A DNA stretch of 64,000 nt from Anolis carolinensis (lineage: Eukaryota), in the NCBI RefSeq assembly GCF_035594765.1, contig NC_085847.1, forward strand, positions 9,300,001 through 9,364,000, given 5' to 3'. The notes beneath the pieces were generated by a model that had not been told where the DNA came from, did not search any database, and saw only the letters and a list, made by a program, of their open reading frames with translations. The number at the start of each line of letters is the position of its first letter. The stretch's first letter is position 1. Shown in pieces: positions 61,709-64,000 of this stretch. The position numbers and the translations under genes are program-made.

Positions 61709-63739
61709 ATGGACGACGTGCGGGTGCAGTGGGTGGGCCAGCGCCTCAAGGCGGCCTTCAGCATCAAGGAGTCGGCCCCTTTCGAGGAGCTGCTCAACCG
61801 CTTTGACGGCGCCGAGGCCGAGCTGCTCCTGCATTTCCTCAACGTGGGCAGCGCGGGCCAGAAAGGGCAGGCCCTCGCCCTCTTCTTCCGTCAGGAGACC
61901 CGCCTCGACGAGGTCGACGTGGAAGTCGGTGCGTCGCCTCATGAGGGAAAAACAAAGCACCCACCCTCACAGACTCACCTCCTTTCCCAAAGGACTTCAA
62001 CTCCCAGAAGCCTCCACAGTTCAGACAGCAGCCAGGAATTCTGGGAGATGAAGTCCAAAACACCCAAGGGAGCCAAGTGTGGTAGTACATTGCTTTGGCT
62101 CCCTCTCAGTCCAAAAGCAGGCCCACACTGTTGGGATGCTTGGCTCCCTTCCTTTTCCCTCAGTGTTTGCTGTAAAATAAACCTGTGGAGAGATATACAA
62201 AATACAGTAGAGTCTCGCTTATCCAAGGTTCTGTATTATCCAACGCAGTTTGCCTTTTACTAGTCAATGTTTTTGTAGTCAATTTTTCAATAAATTGCCA
62301 AATTTTGGTGCTAAATTCATAAATACAGTAATTATTACATAAAGTTATCTTGTGCTGAACTGCTTTTGTTCACTTTTTCTATCCATTTGTTGTAAAGCAT
62401 GATGTTTTGGTGCTTAATTTGTAAAATCATAACCTAATTTGATGTTTAATAGGCGTTTCCTTAATCCCTCCTTATTATCCAACATTTTCGCTTATCCAAT
62501 GTTCTGCCGGTCCATTTATGTTGGATAATTGAGACTCTACTGTACCTCCACGTTTCTTTTCTCTCCTTTCTTTTTCCTGAATATTTGACATATAGCGTTG
62601 CTGTGGGTTTTCTGGGCTGTATGGCCATGTTGCAGGAGCATTCTCTCCTGATGTTTCACCCGCATCTATGGCAGGCAACCTCAGAAGTTGTGAAGTCTGT
62701 TCGAAATGAGGCAGTGGGGTTTATATCCCTGTGGAATAATGTCCAGGGTGGGAGAAAGAACTCTTGCCTGTTTGAGACAAGTGTGAATGCTGCCATTGGC
62801 AAGCTAGATTAGCATTGAGTAGCCTCTCAGCTTCACAGCCTGGCTGCTTCCTGCCTGGAGGAAATCTTTGTTTGGGAGGTGTTAACTGGCACTCCGACAA
62901 CACGTTTGACATACATATTCTCTACAAATGGCCATCGGGCAGACCTCGTACTTGATGGGACAAACCAATGGTTAGGCTATTTGGACAGAAATGGAAAAGA
63001 CAAGCACAGGATTGTATATTTTGGCAAAGGGTCCAAAGGAGTGGATTGACGACAAATCAGATAGGATAGGATATTCTCCTTTCCCTTTTTTCTGGACATA
63101 CCGTATATATTCTTCATTCCCTTTTTCCTGAATATTTGTCATTTATATTATCCTTTTTTTCATGAATAGTTGTCATATATACTCTCCCTTCCTTTTTTCC
63201 TAAAGATTTGTCATATATATTCTCCACTTCTCTGGCTTTGAACGGAGAAACATCCTTGTGAAGTAACTTCATATCTGCATTTTAATTGTAATATTTGTAT
63301 CATATATTTTCTTTTTGTCCTAAAACAGAGATATCGTTTGAAGAGGCTCTTAGAGAAGCAGAAAGTCGTTCAGAGAAGCTGTATGGAGCTTCTTCCCTTT
63401 CCGTGTCAGGTGCAAGTACGTAAGAGGAAAGAAATGCGCAATAGCCTTGCTAGTAGTTGGAGACCTGTTAGGAATTGGCCCAAGACATTTTGATGTCTCA
63501 GGCAGAAAAACAACCGACTCTTCTTAAGTCTTGTTGAACTCTTTTCTTGTCTTTAATTTCATTTAGTCTGGCTATACCTTTTTTTTAAAGAGAAAAGTCG
63601 GAAAAGCAGAGTCACTCTGTCTGATGCCATGGGAAAACGTGTTACGCCTGGTCATTCTTCTGCGGGCTCCGTTGGGAAAAGCAGAACTGATTTGGCGCGT
63701 ACGCCGGCTACAGAGGAATTAAAAGGTTTAATGGGTAAA
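61709..63739 (+). CDS. DNAH10: Dynein axonemal heavy chain 10, first exons (continues beyond window)
   Basis: Exon 1 is 61709-61928 (MDDVRVQWVGQRLKAAFSIKESAPFEELLNRFDG..., good Kozak, donor G|GTGCGT). Probable in-frame exons are 63329-63409 and 63591-63734/63739 (donor ambiguous). The N-terminus and position right after ATP6V0A2 fit DNAH10. Confidence 0.8.
62205..62542. mobile_element. Tigger/pogo-like MITE
   Basis: Same family TIRs. Confidence 0.75.
62600..62900 (-). mobile_element. Penelope-like element fragment
   Basis: Homologous to 21130-21435. Confidence 0.6.
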
Positions 63740-64000
63740 GTAAGTCTCTTTATCTTCATTGTTGACTTTGAAGTGGACCAGAAATATGGACTTTGTTTCT
63801 TTTGAAAATTTAAGTGAGGAGGCCATGCTAATATATGAATCATGTGCTGAATTGCAGAGTAAGGAGTAAATGCAGTATATTTATTCATTAATCCCATTAA
63901 AAAACCATTGTTTCAGTTCTGTCTCCAGCCATGGTATTTTCCAGAGCTTTTGTTTGGAGGGATTTTACTGTTTCTTCATTGTAAATCAGGGCAGGGAACT

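Noticed and set aside
61341-62051. 236-aa ORF overlapping the DNAH10 start
   Set aside because: It begins in an L2 fragment and runs through a GC-rich promoter in a different frame; a chance open frame.

Overview
Vertebrate genomic DNA, almost certainly squamate and most like an anole lizard. This is inferred from the Sauria SINE, Penelope-like repeats, (AAT)n microsatellites and an R4/Dong-type LINE. The window holds the conserved gene block known from human 12q24.31: 3' end of DDX55 (+), EIF2B1 (-, 9 exons), GTF2H3 (+, 13 exons, head-to-head with EIF2B1), TCTN2 (+, 18 exons), ATP6V0A2 (+, 20 exons) and the 5' end of DNAH10 (+). I walked all exons by hand; the four complete genes give continuous ORFs of 302, 303, 672 and 846 aa. 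Introns are dense with Tc1/mariner-type MITEs, Harbinger-type MITEs, non-autonomous Helitrons, L1/L2/CR1/R4 fragments and Penelope-like elements. There are two N gaps. Main points of interest: (1) a phase-consistent 3-exon minus-strand ORF between GTF2H3 and TCTN2 that I cannot assign to a known gene, with an RFX X-box-like motif upstream; (2) degenerate minimal hammerhead ribozymes in Penelope-like repeats; (3) a U12 intron in GTF2H3 with a better-matching downstream branch site; (4) GC-AG introns in EIF2B1; (5) tandem MITE arrays on both sides of the EIF2B1/GTF2H3 bidirectional promoter.
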